DNA of 64,000 nucleotides from an uncultured Planctomycetaceae bacterium (GTDB lineage Bacteria; Planctomycetota; Planctomycetia; Planctomycetales; Planctomycetaceae): NCBI GenBank assembly GCA_963976765.1, contig CAXBME010000021.1, positions 62,001 to 126,000 of the forward strand, read 5' to 3'. Shown piece by piece: positions 49,901 to 58,346 of this stretch (position 1 is its first letter; each line of letters starts with the position of its first letter). The notes under the pieces were generated by a model. It saw only the letters and a program-made list of their open reading frames with translations, ran no database searches and was not told where the DNA came from. The position numbers and the translations under genes were made by a program.

Positions 49901-52673
49901 TGTCGAGTTCCACGCCGACCATTTTCGGGCGGTTATCGTCCCAACCGTCTCCCCCTTCGAGATATCGTGTCTCGACGACCCGTACGAAAATCTCTTCCCG
50001 TGAAAGATCGCCTTTTGCCGGAAAGCTGGCCGGATTCGAATCACTCGACTTTGAAAATACGATGACCGAGCGACCGGCGATACCATTCGAGAATCTGCCG
50101 CCAGTGACCTCTGCAGCCCCATCCCGAACCTGTGGTTTTTCGCCCTCGCTGTAGGAGTCAGCCCGGAACCACGCCAGCCGCAGCGGGTGAAACTCGTCGT
50201 CCGCGTGCCTGTTCAATTCGACGGGTGGCGTCCCCGCAATATGGCGATAATGAGCGTCCCTAAACCTACGATTCCACTGCCGACTCATTCCCGGCATGAG
50301 ACGTTCCAGAATTCCAACTCTCGCACCGCGTTTATCTTCCGACATTGCTAAACGAATCTCAGCCGCCTTTGCCTCAAGCCGCTTCAGCTCTTCTCGGTCC
50401 GCATTCTGCGGCTGATTCTGCAGATTACTTGCATTCAGCACGAAAGCATGTCGCCCGATGTCGTTCAGCCCGTCTTCTGTCGTCCCTTTGCGAAACGGCA
50501 TAAGCCTGAATTGCGGAGTTTGCGAAAGGAGCTTCGCCTGTCGAATTGAAGAATGCTCCACATCTTCGAGAAGTTCGATGTCGCCGTTCGTCGTGAAAGT
50601 TCGGTTCGGATGCAGTGTCGGACGTGTCTCCAGCCCTTGTTCAAGTGCCACTTTTCGATTCAAAGGTTGCGGATCGTTCAAACCGGCTGTGGGTCCGAAG
50701 AGTCGAAACTGAACCTGAAAAATCCGCTCATTCAAATCGTTCAACAGCTTCCGGTAATGCTGCTTGCTGTACAGAATTCGCACCGTCTGATCGTGCTGCG
50801 GAAGCCCGGCTGGGCGAAACGCTTCCTCCTCGACGGTTATGCCGGGAACAGTGCGATCGCTTTCGGCAACGGCCTGTGACATCGAGTTTGGAACTGGTTC
50901 TCCGTAGAAACCAGAAACTACTTCGACAAACACGCTGCGTTCAGGATCGCGAGTCCTGAACTCAACCAGAAACCGCCCGGTTCGCAATGGCCAAAGCCGT
51001 TTCCCCACATCGTCCCATTGCACCGTATCCTCTTCGACTGAGCCTGGCGGACTCTCGATGACCGTGATTTTCGGATCCTGATTGAGGTCGATGTCGTTCG
51101 GCATTGCATCGCGTGAAACAACGTTCCCTTCCCAGTCGGTGATGACCAGTTGCTGCTCATCATCAGGCCGATTCGCCGATTCATTCAAAGATCGAGGATC
51201 CAGCGCTTCTCCGATCGGAATGTCAAACTTGAAGACAACGTCCCCGTAATTCCAGGTCACGAAAGTTGGCCGCGTCAGCGACGGAATCTGGAGTCCCCAG
51301 GAAGTTCCTTCGACGGGCGTGGAATCAACAACATTTTCCAGTTGCCGATTCACGAACGCTCGTCTCACCGAGCGCAGTTCGACATCCTGTCGCTCCTGCA
51401 GCTGCTGACTGGGAATGCGGCCTTCCGGACTGGCGAAGTGTCCGCCCGCCGATTGCCAGCCGCGCAGCCTCATTCCCTCGCCAGGAAATTCCGGAGCAGC
51501 GATGTAGAGTGCTGCCCCGTGGTTGAACCAGCGTTCTGGCATGTCGTGCTGACTGAGCTTCGCGTAAGGACTGATCCAGTCCCCCTCACTTGGAGCGATG
51601 TTCGGTCGATGAGCAAAGTCATGGTCAATTTTCACGTACGGAAATGGCCGGGCCGTGTCGTCCAGCATGGGGCCCAGTTTCACCAGCAACTGTTTGCGCC
51701 AGCGAAAGATCAGCTCCGTCGGCCCGTTCATCTCAAATCCGTCGACGTTGAAAACATCGGTCGGTTCAAAATCAGGACCACTCGATTTCGCCGATCCGCG
51801 ACCCACATAACTATGAACAATGTAGCGTTCGTCAATTTTGGGAGTTTTAGTGACGAACCCATCCGTTCCGACTTCGATTCGCACAGGCGACCTCTCGGGA
51901 ACCCACACGCCTCCCCATTGCCACTGTGCCTCCGGCAGGTATGGCCGCCCCGTGCCGACGTTGATGTCGTCGTCCGTCGATCCTCCAGCTTCGTCGTCGT
52001 CGGAAAAATAGGCGATATTTCCGAGCGTACGCAGCTCTTGATCCTGAATCAGTGGTTCTCTCGAAGTCGCCTGCTCGACCAGCGAGACCGTTTCCAGCAG
52101 GTATTCAATTTTCCAAAGTACAGTGACTTCCGTAGTTCCTGGCCGCTGGTCAGAAATCGGAATCGTGAACGTGCACCGAGTCTTCGCCCCATTGACTTTG
52201 ATTTCCACGCTGTCGCTGTGGAACCCGAGACAGGTCATTCGAATTCGCGGCTCATTTTCGGTCCTGCCATTCTTCCGGTATTCGCTGAGCGGCTTTTCCC
52301 GATCGTCCGGCTTCATGAGAAACTCATGACCAATGTAGAGACCATCCGGTCGTCTTGAAGCCATGATCCGATGCGGAGCGACGAGAGTGATCACTGTCCC
52401 GCCAGAGTACTTTCGCTCAAGCGGACTCGCCCCTCGACGCACCAGTGTTGCCGGACGATCCGCACCAATCTGAATGTAATCACGGATGTTGGTCTGATTT
52501 CCAGAAACCTGTTCGCCAACACCGATTCCCACCGGAGACGAAACTTTCAACGTCTGGTCACGAATGAATTCGCCGAAGTCGTCTTTTCTCTGGGCGTGAA
52601 CGAAGTCTGAAGACAATACGATCGCCGCAAACGAAACAGCAACGAGACAGGGTCGCACTTGATGACGTGACAT
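43947..52673 (-). CDS. Giant (~2908 aa) secreted protein with a TcA-like C-terminal region
   Basis: Uninterrupted ORF. RBS AGAGGA before ATG 52673; Sec-type signal MSRHQVRPCLVAVSFAAIVLSSDFVHA|Q. Beta/Pro-rich N-terminal two thirds, long helical C-terminal region, terminal beta domain. The CDS is certain; the function is inferred. Confidence 0.8.
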   Translation of the reverse strand: MSRHQVRPCLVAVSFAAIVLSSDFVHAQRKDDFGEFIRDQTLKVSSPVGIGVGEQVSGNQTNIRDYIQIGADRPATLVRRGASPLERKYSGGTVITLVAPHRIMASRRPDGLYIGHEFLMKPDDREKPLSEYRKNGRTENEPRIRMTCLGFHSDSVEIKVNGAKTRCTFTIPISDQRPGTTEVTVLWKIEYLLETVSLVEQATSREPLIQDQELRTLGNIAYFSDDDEAGGSTDDDINVGTGRPYLPEAQWQWGGVWVPERSPVRIEVGTDGFVTKTPKIDERYIVHSYVGRGSAKSSGPDFEPTDVFNVDGFEMNGPTELIFRWRKQLLVKLGPMLDDTARPFPYVKIDHDFAHRPNIAPSEGDWISPYAKLSQHDMPERWFNHGAALYIAAPEFPGEGMRLRGWQSAGGHFASPEGRIPSQQLQERQDVELRSVRRAFVNRQLENVVDSTPVEGTSWGLQIPSLTRPTFVTWNYGDVVFKFDIPIGEALDPRSLNESANRPDDEQQLVITDWEGNVVSRDAMPNDIDLNQDPKITVIESPPGSVEEDTVQWDDVGKRLWPLRTGRFLVEFRTRDPERSVFVEVVSGFYGEPVPNSMSQAVAESDRTVPGITVEEEAFRPAGLPQHDQTVRILYSKQHYRKLLNDLNERIFQVQFRLFGPTAGLNDPQPLNRKVALEQGLETRPTLHPNRTFTTNGDIELLEDVEHSSIRQAKLLSQTPQFRLMPFRKGTTEDGLNDIGRHAFVLNASNLQNQPQNADREELKRLEAKAAEIRLAMSEDKRGARVGILERLMPGMSRQWNRRFRDAHYRHIAGTPPVELNRHADDEFHPLRLAWFRADSYSEGEKPQVRDGAAEVTGGRFSNGIAGRSVIVFSKSSDSNPASFPAKGDLSREEIFVRVVETRYLEGGDGWDDNRPKMVGVELDIPVGEPLNSELDLAAKGTGWLYRDDQKQLHNPDIYDRENVSGPLIPVNTRPVTPEQSTEIERKLFGASEGPRDYSNELVVVWYENLTKQADVGIPQKMNEPDIDWPWAPVLYPSTRIHWPANNPNLIVMASRLGSAGLTEAGDPQLQFETPRFSKVRIYHQPDPESAGFNPNEEHAIVADSLFQDVAGQPGKVKVRSGTNPPPAAFALRTDLNRRGIPDHTSEPFVLVEYFDASVNEHRMRVYAIKAENNHYKFRYPIRVGEPVAAPYPLNSVIGLANLNDTGRGTRRPVNAQTIDGTFFVNGQPQATYWFDPPGTAWVISGPTPATPEPHFLGHFYYPMRDSFWHPNDSVAPGARLVWLRDVVTSNGRQPFGGGPGPVRFDTAWPETVPILKAGETLTYAGGEYKADHPTTIQKDGRIIETPGLPGVIGWAAGQLLFDSQNASMKEDHSNAARYTARLLNPLQELHVPLAFDRMKNVQGFAVTSSKIQVDGLLWTFPELPASLQRRVTFDPQGQTPDGNDGFITGRLVIRGYVSGRTLGDSDLTADPDPVYLVEPNILTASERDRIASLFDSPDWRAAVAGLFKLSRDPEKIGAAGGQTPYLAGLTTGAAIRNAMEAVDLKPIDSVYLDANGRRPAPAFGPGLALLPNAAAMDPRSGFKEGYVTLVENAHPMNPDLSPVTIHVVKVSAEHRYRGSIKTILSPNAFDERITLRHTGDFGANGDGLTFEWWFRESASDAATHPLPGENGAKWQPLPGQTGNEVVLEGNPTLLLGDFLFFSRYRHANDPAFGRNVFQPFPWEWAGAGNSPQLTASGGRRYLPQLAMGWIKRVLDAINPYEARFTEFRDHESPATYASMIQQAGGPFVGPVALNPDKNVVENSGLIQIYQTLLERARKLSIDATQPTATDPIFQALLLAATRSSDLYMLLANEAYADAQDPTIGIGTRHTEYGNLAPTLFAFQNQEASLLHEELALLRGVDFPKGNPVQSRLFWNFVKGQGEAAYATNYAIKDVNDDGFINERDARLMYPQGHGDAWGHYLSAARSQYALLRHPVFQWRARPELYNLLDIVLKVDYLDEVKFVRTAAARARTGAEIVDLTHRLAWTESGQSGAELIDRESSRAWGVAGWSRRAGQGALFDWAVSNAMLPERAAGEENLAKIDRQSVHELREISVNHSLIQRKLDQANDGLNPLGLSPDAVAFDIDPVRVDRTSSHPATHFEQTWEHATRAAANAVAAWDYANESGHRLRQVGERVDETRKLAVDQDLAWRNRLIEVFGLPYDGTIGPGKAYPAGYAGPDILLYFYVDQAQLLAEDLPQVDTAADTNFVNAYGDFAQYYNDNIADLKDHPLGRKIPGLSPLDKDSPPDISSLFGGKQTVALKLPYVQRPAAIFAAPKNWGRRKANGRLQNIYARLMLAEFELLRKLAEYDGYASGLVDLKDSLDRKRDYQKSVTREKLALSQTKRAFQGASTISNTIAETADTTATATETIIEGGVQGIPGVVGFSNDVGAPIRLAVKTTGGVLSTSMRIVKMTANIAKGASDLGIYLTELSEEVIDLEREESGEIAAMAKEFLAEFDQEPELRLDIYEKLKQIEQLANQYLATLQEGQRLLDEREVFNRRIAAGTQESRYQDLTLRLSRNDAMQKYRSSFDLAARYVYLAARAYDYETSLPESHPASASQLLDELIRTRNPGLWENGLPRIGQGGLAGILARLKDNFDVLNGQLGFNNPQTQTGRFSLRRELFRIAEGEVGNAQWQQKLQESYVEDIRDLPEFRLHCRPFAASAAGAQPGLVIEFGTMIQEGRNFFGQPVGPGDHLFDPSQFATKIRSVGVWFVDYPATRVAGTPHVYLVPVGTDVTRYPYSETLEEHTWNVVDQRIPVPHRIGLGDLSNRNWSPALSFSGAQMDGSRRFSRFRAYPDKGELQIDSEMTWNSRLVGRSVWNTRWLLIIPGSGLHHDANEGLRSLNAEDNSGVSDIKLLFKTYSHSGN

Positions 52674-52874
52674 CAATGATCCTCTTGTAACATGCAGACG
52701 AATTTCCGCATGGAGTCTGGCGTATGAATCCGATCGAAATAATTGCAAACGACCGTGTACCGCAGGGCCACTGGAGCACTTTCAGAATTCGTTTTCAGCG
52801 TTCAGCAGGATGGCCAAAAAAGAAACAACACCTGTTCCGGATGCCTGTTCCTGCACAGAAGCCATGAAAATGGG

Positions 52875-53639
52875 CTAATCCAAAATCGTGGTCCGGCTTA
52901 GCCGAAACAACGCAAAGCGGCCTCGAAGAGCAATCGGCTCGTCTTCCTTGAGCAACCCTCGAATTTCTTCGTTCCAGGTGCCGGTCAAAGTGTCAACGCC
53001 GATCGCGGCGCGAGACATTCCCTCTTTTGCTGACACTTCGTCGAACTTCAATGACATTGTTCTCTTGATGCGAAAGCCGGTTGTGTGCATCGGATGAAAC
53101 GGATGTCGAAACGGATTGCTACGATGCCATTGATCGAGGACCAAACCGCTCTGGGGGGTTCGAACGGTGCCGCCTGGCTTCAATTCGCCTTCGAGCGGAA
53201 ACGAGCGGAGATACTCATCAGTAAGCGACGTCGGATCAAAGTCCTTTGGCAACGGCGTTGGCGGCAGTTCGCGTCTTGGCAGGTCATAGGATGCCGTTCC
53301 AAAACGGCGAATTCGCCGACCGGGAAACTCGCGAGATTGTGCGATATCCCGTCGCAGGCCAGCAACAATCTTTTCGCCTGCTGCCTCTTCACCAGGAATC
53401 ACGGTGACATGCGTCAGCAGACTTACTCGCTTATCACTGGCGACGTGCAGAATGACCCGCATTTCGGTATCGGCACTCGCCCGAAACTTTGGAGCAAAAC
53501 GATCGGGATCATTGAAATGAGACACATGAGTCAGCGTCGTTTCGCCCAACCAGAGTCCTGCGTGATCATCCTGGGCACAGAGCAACCCCGGCCCCCAAAA
53601 CAGCATCACTGGCGCCAACAACGCGCAAGAACGAAACAT
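52875..53639 (-). CDS. Secreted ~254-aa hypothetical protein, probable partner of the giant protein
   Basis: Signal peptide ending LCA|Q; GLWLGETTLTHVS, MRVILHV, WHRSNPFRHPFHPMH; beta-rich C-terminus; co-oriented about 200 bp upstream of the giant gene. Confidence 0.8.
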   Translation of the reverse strand: MFRSCALLAPVMLFWGPGLLCAQDDHAGLWLGETTLTHVSHFNDPDRFAPKFRASADTEMRVILHVASDKRVSLLTHVTVIPGEEAAGEKIVAGLRRDIAQSREFPGRRIRRFGTASYDLPRRELPPTPLPKDFDPTSLTDEYLRSFPLEGELKPGGTVRTPQSGLVLDQWHRSNPFRHPFHPMHTTGFRIKRTMSLKFDEVSAKEGMSRAAIGVDTLTGTWNEEIRGLLKEDEPIALRGRFALFRLSRTTILD

Positions 53640-53741
53640 AGTGACTTTCTCTGAAAATAAGCCTTCAAACACGACCGGCGATCATTTCCTGCAGTGTCAA
53701 CTGCTGCCCCACGCAACAGGATGCCGGAATAGACATCGGAC

Positions 53742-53777
53742 CAATTCAGAATTAACCGGCAATTCAGAATCAACCAG
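53742..53777. repeat. 18-bp tandem direct repeat in a promoter region
   Basis: CAATTCAGAATTAACCGG followed by CAATTCAGAATCAACCAG (16/18 identical). Confidence 0.7.
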
Positions 53778-54092
53778 CGAAACCACCGGGCAGACGTCGT
53801 TTCAACCTATCGCCAAACTGTGACACATTCAAGAAGCTCAGAAGCAGCGCGACACCATCCGAACATCCGGTAAAAATTCGCATTCAACACGGCAACATTC
53901 TTTTCGGACACGTTTTTGCTGGCTGGCATTTCCGAAAGAAGACTGCCGAACGGAATGATCACAAGGCTCGTGATGATCGGCAGCGGCAAGCGTCAGTAGA
54001 AAAATCTGGTGATCGATCGGCTTGCTTTGCATACCGAAATTTGCCCGCAACGAAGAGTCACATAAACATCTCTTCATCCACGACAATAACGA

Positions 54093-55442
54093 TTACTTCC
54101 GCAGCGACACTCGCACCATTTCGTGATCATTGCGGATGATCACATGGCCGTTGGCAAACGCCGGCTGAACCCAGTTGACAATACTGTTGGCAAACCGGCG
54201 CGGGCCGAAGCCTGATTCCGTGTCCGGTTCGATCAGCAGCGTCCGGTCGATCACGTCGACGCCTTCGGGACTAAACCGAACGATCAACAGTTCGCCTTCG
54301 TCGTTGACCATGAAGTAACGGTCTCCGTTCTTCACGAAGTACGCCGATCCCCAGCGTCCCTGCCGAGTCAGTTTCCTGTTTTCCCAGACACGTTTTCCCG
54401 TGGTGAGCTCGAGGCCACGCATCTCGCCGTAGCTGCAAGTCCCGTAAAAGTGGTCGCCTTCGATCACCGGCGTCGTGATGACTGAGTGCAAGCCTGCCGT
54501 CCCGTCCGGGCGTTCGCTCTTGCCTTGAATATGCCAGAGCTTCTTCGCGGCCGGCCGCTCGTCGTTCATCTCGACCAGCATCGACCCGCTGTAAAACGAG
54601 GAAACCAGCAGGTTCGAGCCGCTCTTGATCGGCGTCGCAATCGTCATGTGAGATCGAACATTCATCGGCACCTGCCAGTAGACGTCGCCCGTCTGCGGAT
54701 TGAGCGAATGCAGCGCCTTCGGGTCCCAGTAAATCAACTGCCGCACGCCAGCGTGTTCGAAGATGACGAATTGCGAATACCCCAACTCGTCGTTACTGGG
54801 AATGGCTTTCCAGACTTCTACGCCAGTCAGCTTGTTGAACGCTCGAACCTGTTCGCTGTTCTTGCCGCCCGTTGCGAAGATGACGAGGTCTCCGTCGACA
54901 ATCGGAGCCGTCGAGATTCCCCAGATCGGAAGTAATGCTTCGAATTCTGTGCGAGAGTCTTTCGACCAGAGCAGCCTGCCATCATCGAGACTCACGCACC
55001 GAATGTGCCCGGCCGCTCCGACGGCGTAGACCCGGTCACCGTCGATCGTCGGCGTCGCTCGCGGGCCGGTCCGATAAGACCCCATCAGCTCGCGATAGTG
55101 CGTCTGCCATTCATCCTTCCACAGCAGCTTGCCGGACTTCTCGTCGAGACAAATGACTCGCTCAATCGCCTCCGCCGTCTCGGTATCCGGCTTCGGCCGA
55201 TAGTCCATCGTCACGATGCGACCATTGGAAACGACCGGCCCCGAATAGCCTGACCCCATCGAAACTTGCCACGCCGGCTTCAGCCCGTCTTTCGGAAACT
55301 GCTCAACGATGCCCTCTTCGTGCCAGACGGCCAGTCGATCCTTGCCGCGCCACTCCGTCCAGTCGTCAGCCGAAGCGCTGATTCCAGCGACAAAAAAACA
55401 AGCCAGAGTCCAGGCAGGAATCACAAACTTTGTAACGGTCAT
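54093..55442 (-). CDS. PQQ-like beta-propeller repeat protein (BamB-like family), secreted
   Basis: Signal peptide; DWTEWRG, GSGYSGPVV, GPRATPTIDGDRVY, repeated G-x-x-x-W blades, PAFANG. Confidence 0.88.
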   Translation of the reverse strand: MTVTKFVIPAWTLACFFVAGISASADDWTEWRGKDRLAVWHEEGIVEQFPKDGLKPAWQVSMGSGYSGPVVSNGRIVTMDYRPKPDTETAEAIERVICLDEKSGKLLWKDEWQTHYRELMGSYRTGPRATPTIDGDRVYAVGAAGHIRCVSLDDGRLLWSKDSRTEFEALLPIWGISTAPIVDGDLVIFATGGKNSEQVRAFNKLTGVEVWKAIPSNDELGYSQFVIFEHAGVRQLIYWDPKALHSLNPQTGDVYWQVPMNVRSHMTIATPIKSGSNLLVSSFYSGSMLVEMNDERPAAKKLWHIQGKSERPDGTAGLHSVITTPVIEGDHFYGTCSYGEMRGLELTTGKRVWENRKLTRQGRWGSAYFVKNGDRYFMVNDEGELLIVRFSPEGVDVIDRTLLIEPDTESGFGPRRFANSIVNWVQPAFANGHVIIRNDHEMVRVSLRK

Positions 55443-55559
55443 GTGAACTCTTTCCGGAATCGAAATTCAGAACAGTGGCTTCCAACGGCGTCGAGCCGGT
55501 GCCTCACGGCCGAGGTGCATCACACGTGAATTCGGCCAGTGAGAACCGGACCTGCTGTG

Positions 55560-58166
55560 CTACCGCTTCGGTTTTTCGACCGTCAGCTTGCGGCGGTAAA
55601 TCCTTTTCCCATGAGCGATGTACAGCGTGCTGTGGTCGGGGCCGGCCAGCATGCAGGTGGTCAGTGGCTGGTCCCTGTCGACTTTCGGCAGGACTCCACA
55701 GGGGCGACCGGTCGGGTCGAAGACCTGCACGCCCAGATCGCTGGTCACGTAGTAGCGGCCGCGTTTGTCGACAGCCATGCCGTCGCCTTTGGCCACCGAC
55801 TTATACGGTGGCGGCTCGTTGAAGCGGAATTCGCCTTGCGGATCGATGGGAAGTCGCATCGGCATCGTCGGCATTTTTGCATCGAGAACGGCGTCGGCAT
55901 TGACTCGGAATGTCCACGTGTGAGTCCCGCCGTAATCGGACACGGCCAGCGTGCCTCCGTCATTAGACAGGGCAATGCCATTCGGTTTGTTGATGCCGAT
56001 GTCGACGGGTGTGACTTCGCCCGTTTTCGGATCGATCCTTGTCACCTGCTTCGCCCCGGTTTCGGTGATCAGGATGAAGCCGTCTTTCGTGACAGCCAGA
56101 TCGTTGGGCTTGACGCCTTCGGCCACGGTCTTCACTTCGCCGCTCGCGACGTCGATCGAGAGGACTCGGTTCTTCGAACCCTGACACGCGTAAAGCAGCG
56201 ATCCGTCCGGGCTGAACTCCAGACCGCTGACGGATTCTTTGGCAATCTGAGTCCTCGTTCCGTCGGCTGTGTTGATGCGGATGACGGCCGGCGCCCGCAT
56301 GTCGCAGAAGTAAAGATTCCCTGCTTTGTCGGCACACAGAGCGTCGGCGAAGCCGAGATCCTCAGCAACCAGTTCCCAGTCTTCGCCATGAATCAACAGG
56401 TTCAGCAGCGTCAGGTCGCCGCCGAGATCCCCCTTCGTATCAACTTCCGGCGTATGCGTTTCTTTTCGCCACAACCACTTCATCGCGTCAGGAAACTTTG
56501 AGCTGCCGAAATCGGCGTTGTGAGCGTAACCTTCGGCCCAGTCGAAACGCGTGTCATAGCCCATGTATTTCAGAGCAGACGCCATTCGCTGATTCGCCCA
56601 CGGCCAGCTTCCGAAGGCGTTATCAACATCACCGCTGGTATCGGCCATGTAGACGCGGATCGGCTTCGGCTCTGTCTTGCGAACCAGCGCCGGGTAGATA
56701 TTGCCACCTCGCAGATTCGTGAAGCTGCCCACGCTGGAGTACACCTTGCGAAAGTAGTCGGTGCGTTCCCACGCCGCCGTGAACGCGCAGATGGCTCCGG
56801 AGCTGGAACCACCGATCGCGTGCATGTTCGGGTCGTCGGAAATGGTGTATCGCTTCTTCACTTCCGGAATGATCTCTTCCTGAAGAAAGCGGACATAGCG
56901 ATCGCCGAGGCTGTCGTATTCGTAGCTGCGGTTGGAATGTTTCCCCTTGTTGACTCGCGGTTTCGACTTGTGGTGTCCCGGATTGAGGAAGACAGCGATC
57001 GTTGGCGGCATGTCACCGCGAGCGATCAGGTTGTCGAAGACTGTCGGGATGCGCCATCGGCCATTCACATCACGCATCCGCTCGCCATCCTGAAAGACCA
57101 TCAGCGCGGCAGGCTGTTCAGCGTTGTACTGAGCAGGCACGTAAATCGCCCAGTCGCGAATCGTGCCGGGGAACACGTCTGACTCCCACGGTTCCATCTT
57201 TTCGACCGTGCCCCTGGGAACGTCAGCGTTTGCGACGGCATCCGGATGCGGTTCCCATTTCGGCCTGGTTTCAACGATGGGAATGTTTGTGGATTCGGCG
57301 TTGGGATCCCACAACCACTTCAATGCCTCCGGAAAGATCTCGCCACCCCAACGACTGCTGTGACCTCCGTCGGTCATCTCCAGCCGGTACGTGTAGCCTG
57401 CAAACTGTAAGGCCGCCGCCAGATCCTGATTTCCCAGCGGCCAGTTGCCGTGCAGGTTGTTGAGGTCGTCGCGACCGTCCTGCAGATAAACCTTGATCGG
57501 TTTCGGATCCTTGTGAGACTTCCGGACAAGCCCCGGGATCTCCCATCCACCGCGAATATTCGTGAAGCTGCCGATGTGGCTGAGCACCTTGCCAAACTGA
57601 TCCGGCTTCTCCCACGCCACCGTGAAGGCGCAGATGCCGCTGGAAGAAATCCCGCAGACAGCGCGGTCGGCAGGGTCGGTCGAAACGTTCAATCCCTTCA
57701 ACGCGACCGGCAGAAACTCATCGATCAGGAAGTTGGCGTAGCGGTCACCCAGTGAGTCGTACTCGAATGATCGATTGCTTCGATTCGCCGCTCCGGGCAC
57801 TGTCGCGGGAATCGTGCCTGGATTCACGAACACGGCAATCGTGACGGGCATCGCCTTTTGATGAATCAGATTGTCGAACACAACGGGAACCCGGTACGAG
57901 CCCTTCGGATTCACATACCCTCGCCCGTCCATAAAGACCATCAGCGAAGCGGGCTCATCGGCCTTGTACTGAGCAGGCACGTAGACGCTGAAGTCGCGTT
58001 GCGTTCCCGGAAAAATCTGACTGTCACTGAACTGCCCTGACGTGACTTTCCCCTGCGGAACTCCGTCCTGAACAACCCGATCCGGATGCTCCTGCGCCCT
58101 TAACGTTGCAGGCAACAACGCCGCCGCAAGAAACAGCACGATCACATGACACTTCAGACGATTCAT
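55560..58166 (-). CDS. Secreted fusion of two Fes-like alpha/beta esterase domains and an SMP-30/gluconolactonase propeller
   Basis: Duplicated YVPAQY...LMVFxDG...VFDNLI...EYDSLGDRY...GxSS(S)G...GSFTN; C-terminal KPNDL, KPNGIALS, GDGMAVD. Confidence 0.87.
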   Translation of the reverse strand: MNRLKCHVIVLFLAAALLPATLRAQEHPDRVVQDGVPQGKVTSGQFSDSQIFPGTQRDFSVYVPAQYKADEPASLMVFMDGRGYVNPKGSYRVPVVFDNLIHQKAMPVTIAVFVNPGTIPATVPGAANRSNRSFEYDSLGDRYANFLIDEFLPVALKGLNVSTDPADRAVCGISSSGICAFTVAWEKPDQFGKVLSHIGSFTNIRGGWEIPGLVRKSHKDPKPIKVYLQDGRDDLNNLHGNWPLGNQDLAAALQFAGYTYRLEMTDGGHSSRWGGEIFPEALKWLWDPNAESTNIPIVETRPKWEPHPDAVANADVPRGTVEKMEPWESDVFPGTIRDWAIYVPAQYNAEQPAALMVFQDGERMRDVNGRWRIPTVFDNLIARGDMPPTIAVFLNPGHHKSKPRVNKGKHSNRSYEYDSLGDRYVRFLQEEIIPEVKKRYTISDDPNMHAIGGSSSGAICAFTAAWERTDYFRKVYSSVGSFTNLRGGNIYPALVRKTEPKPIRVYMADTSGDVDNAFGSWPWANQRMASALKYMGYDTRFDWAEGYAHNADFGSSKFPDAMKWLWRKETHTPEVDTKGDLGGDLTLLNLLIHGEDWELVAEDLGFADALCADKAGNLYFCDMRAPAVIRINTADGTRTQIAKESVSGLEFSPDGSLLYACQGSKNRVLSIDVASGEVKTVAEGVKPNDLAVTKDGFILITETGAKQVTRIDPKTGEVTPVDIGINKPNGIALSNDGGTLAVSDYGGTHTWTFRVNADAVLDAKMPTMPMRLPIDPQGEFRFNEPPPYKSVAKGDGMAVDKRGRYYVTSDLGVQVFDPTGRPCGVLPKVDRDQPLTTCMLAGPDHSTLYIAHGKRIYRRKLTVEKPKR

Positions 58167-58346
58167 AAACGAACTCCGGATTTGTTAACGGGTCACCTGG
58201 CCAGGCGAATTTCTCAGCGACGCCGGCATCATCGGATTCTTACAGTTGCCCGCCACAATTTCACGCCGGTTGCAAAGTTCGCCGACATCATCATCGGGAA
58301 CTTCGCTGCCTGAGCTAAGCACGAATCAGTCTGGCCAGTCCGACCG

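Noticed and set aside
51150..52358. 402-aa antisense ORF in the giant gene (similarly 39400-40527, 55539-56501, 58407-59186)
   Set aside because: Antisense shadows of well-supported CDSs, with no recognisable domains.
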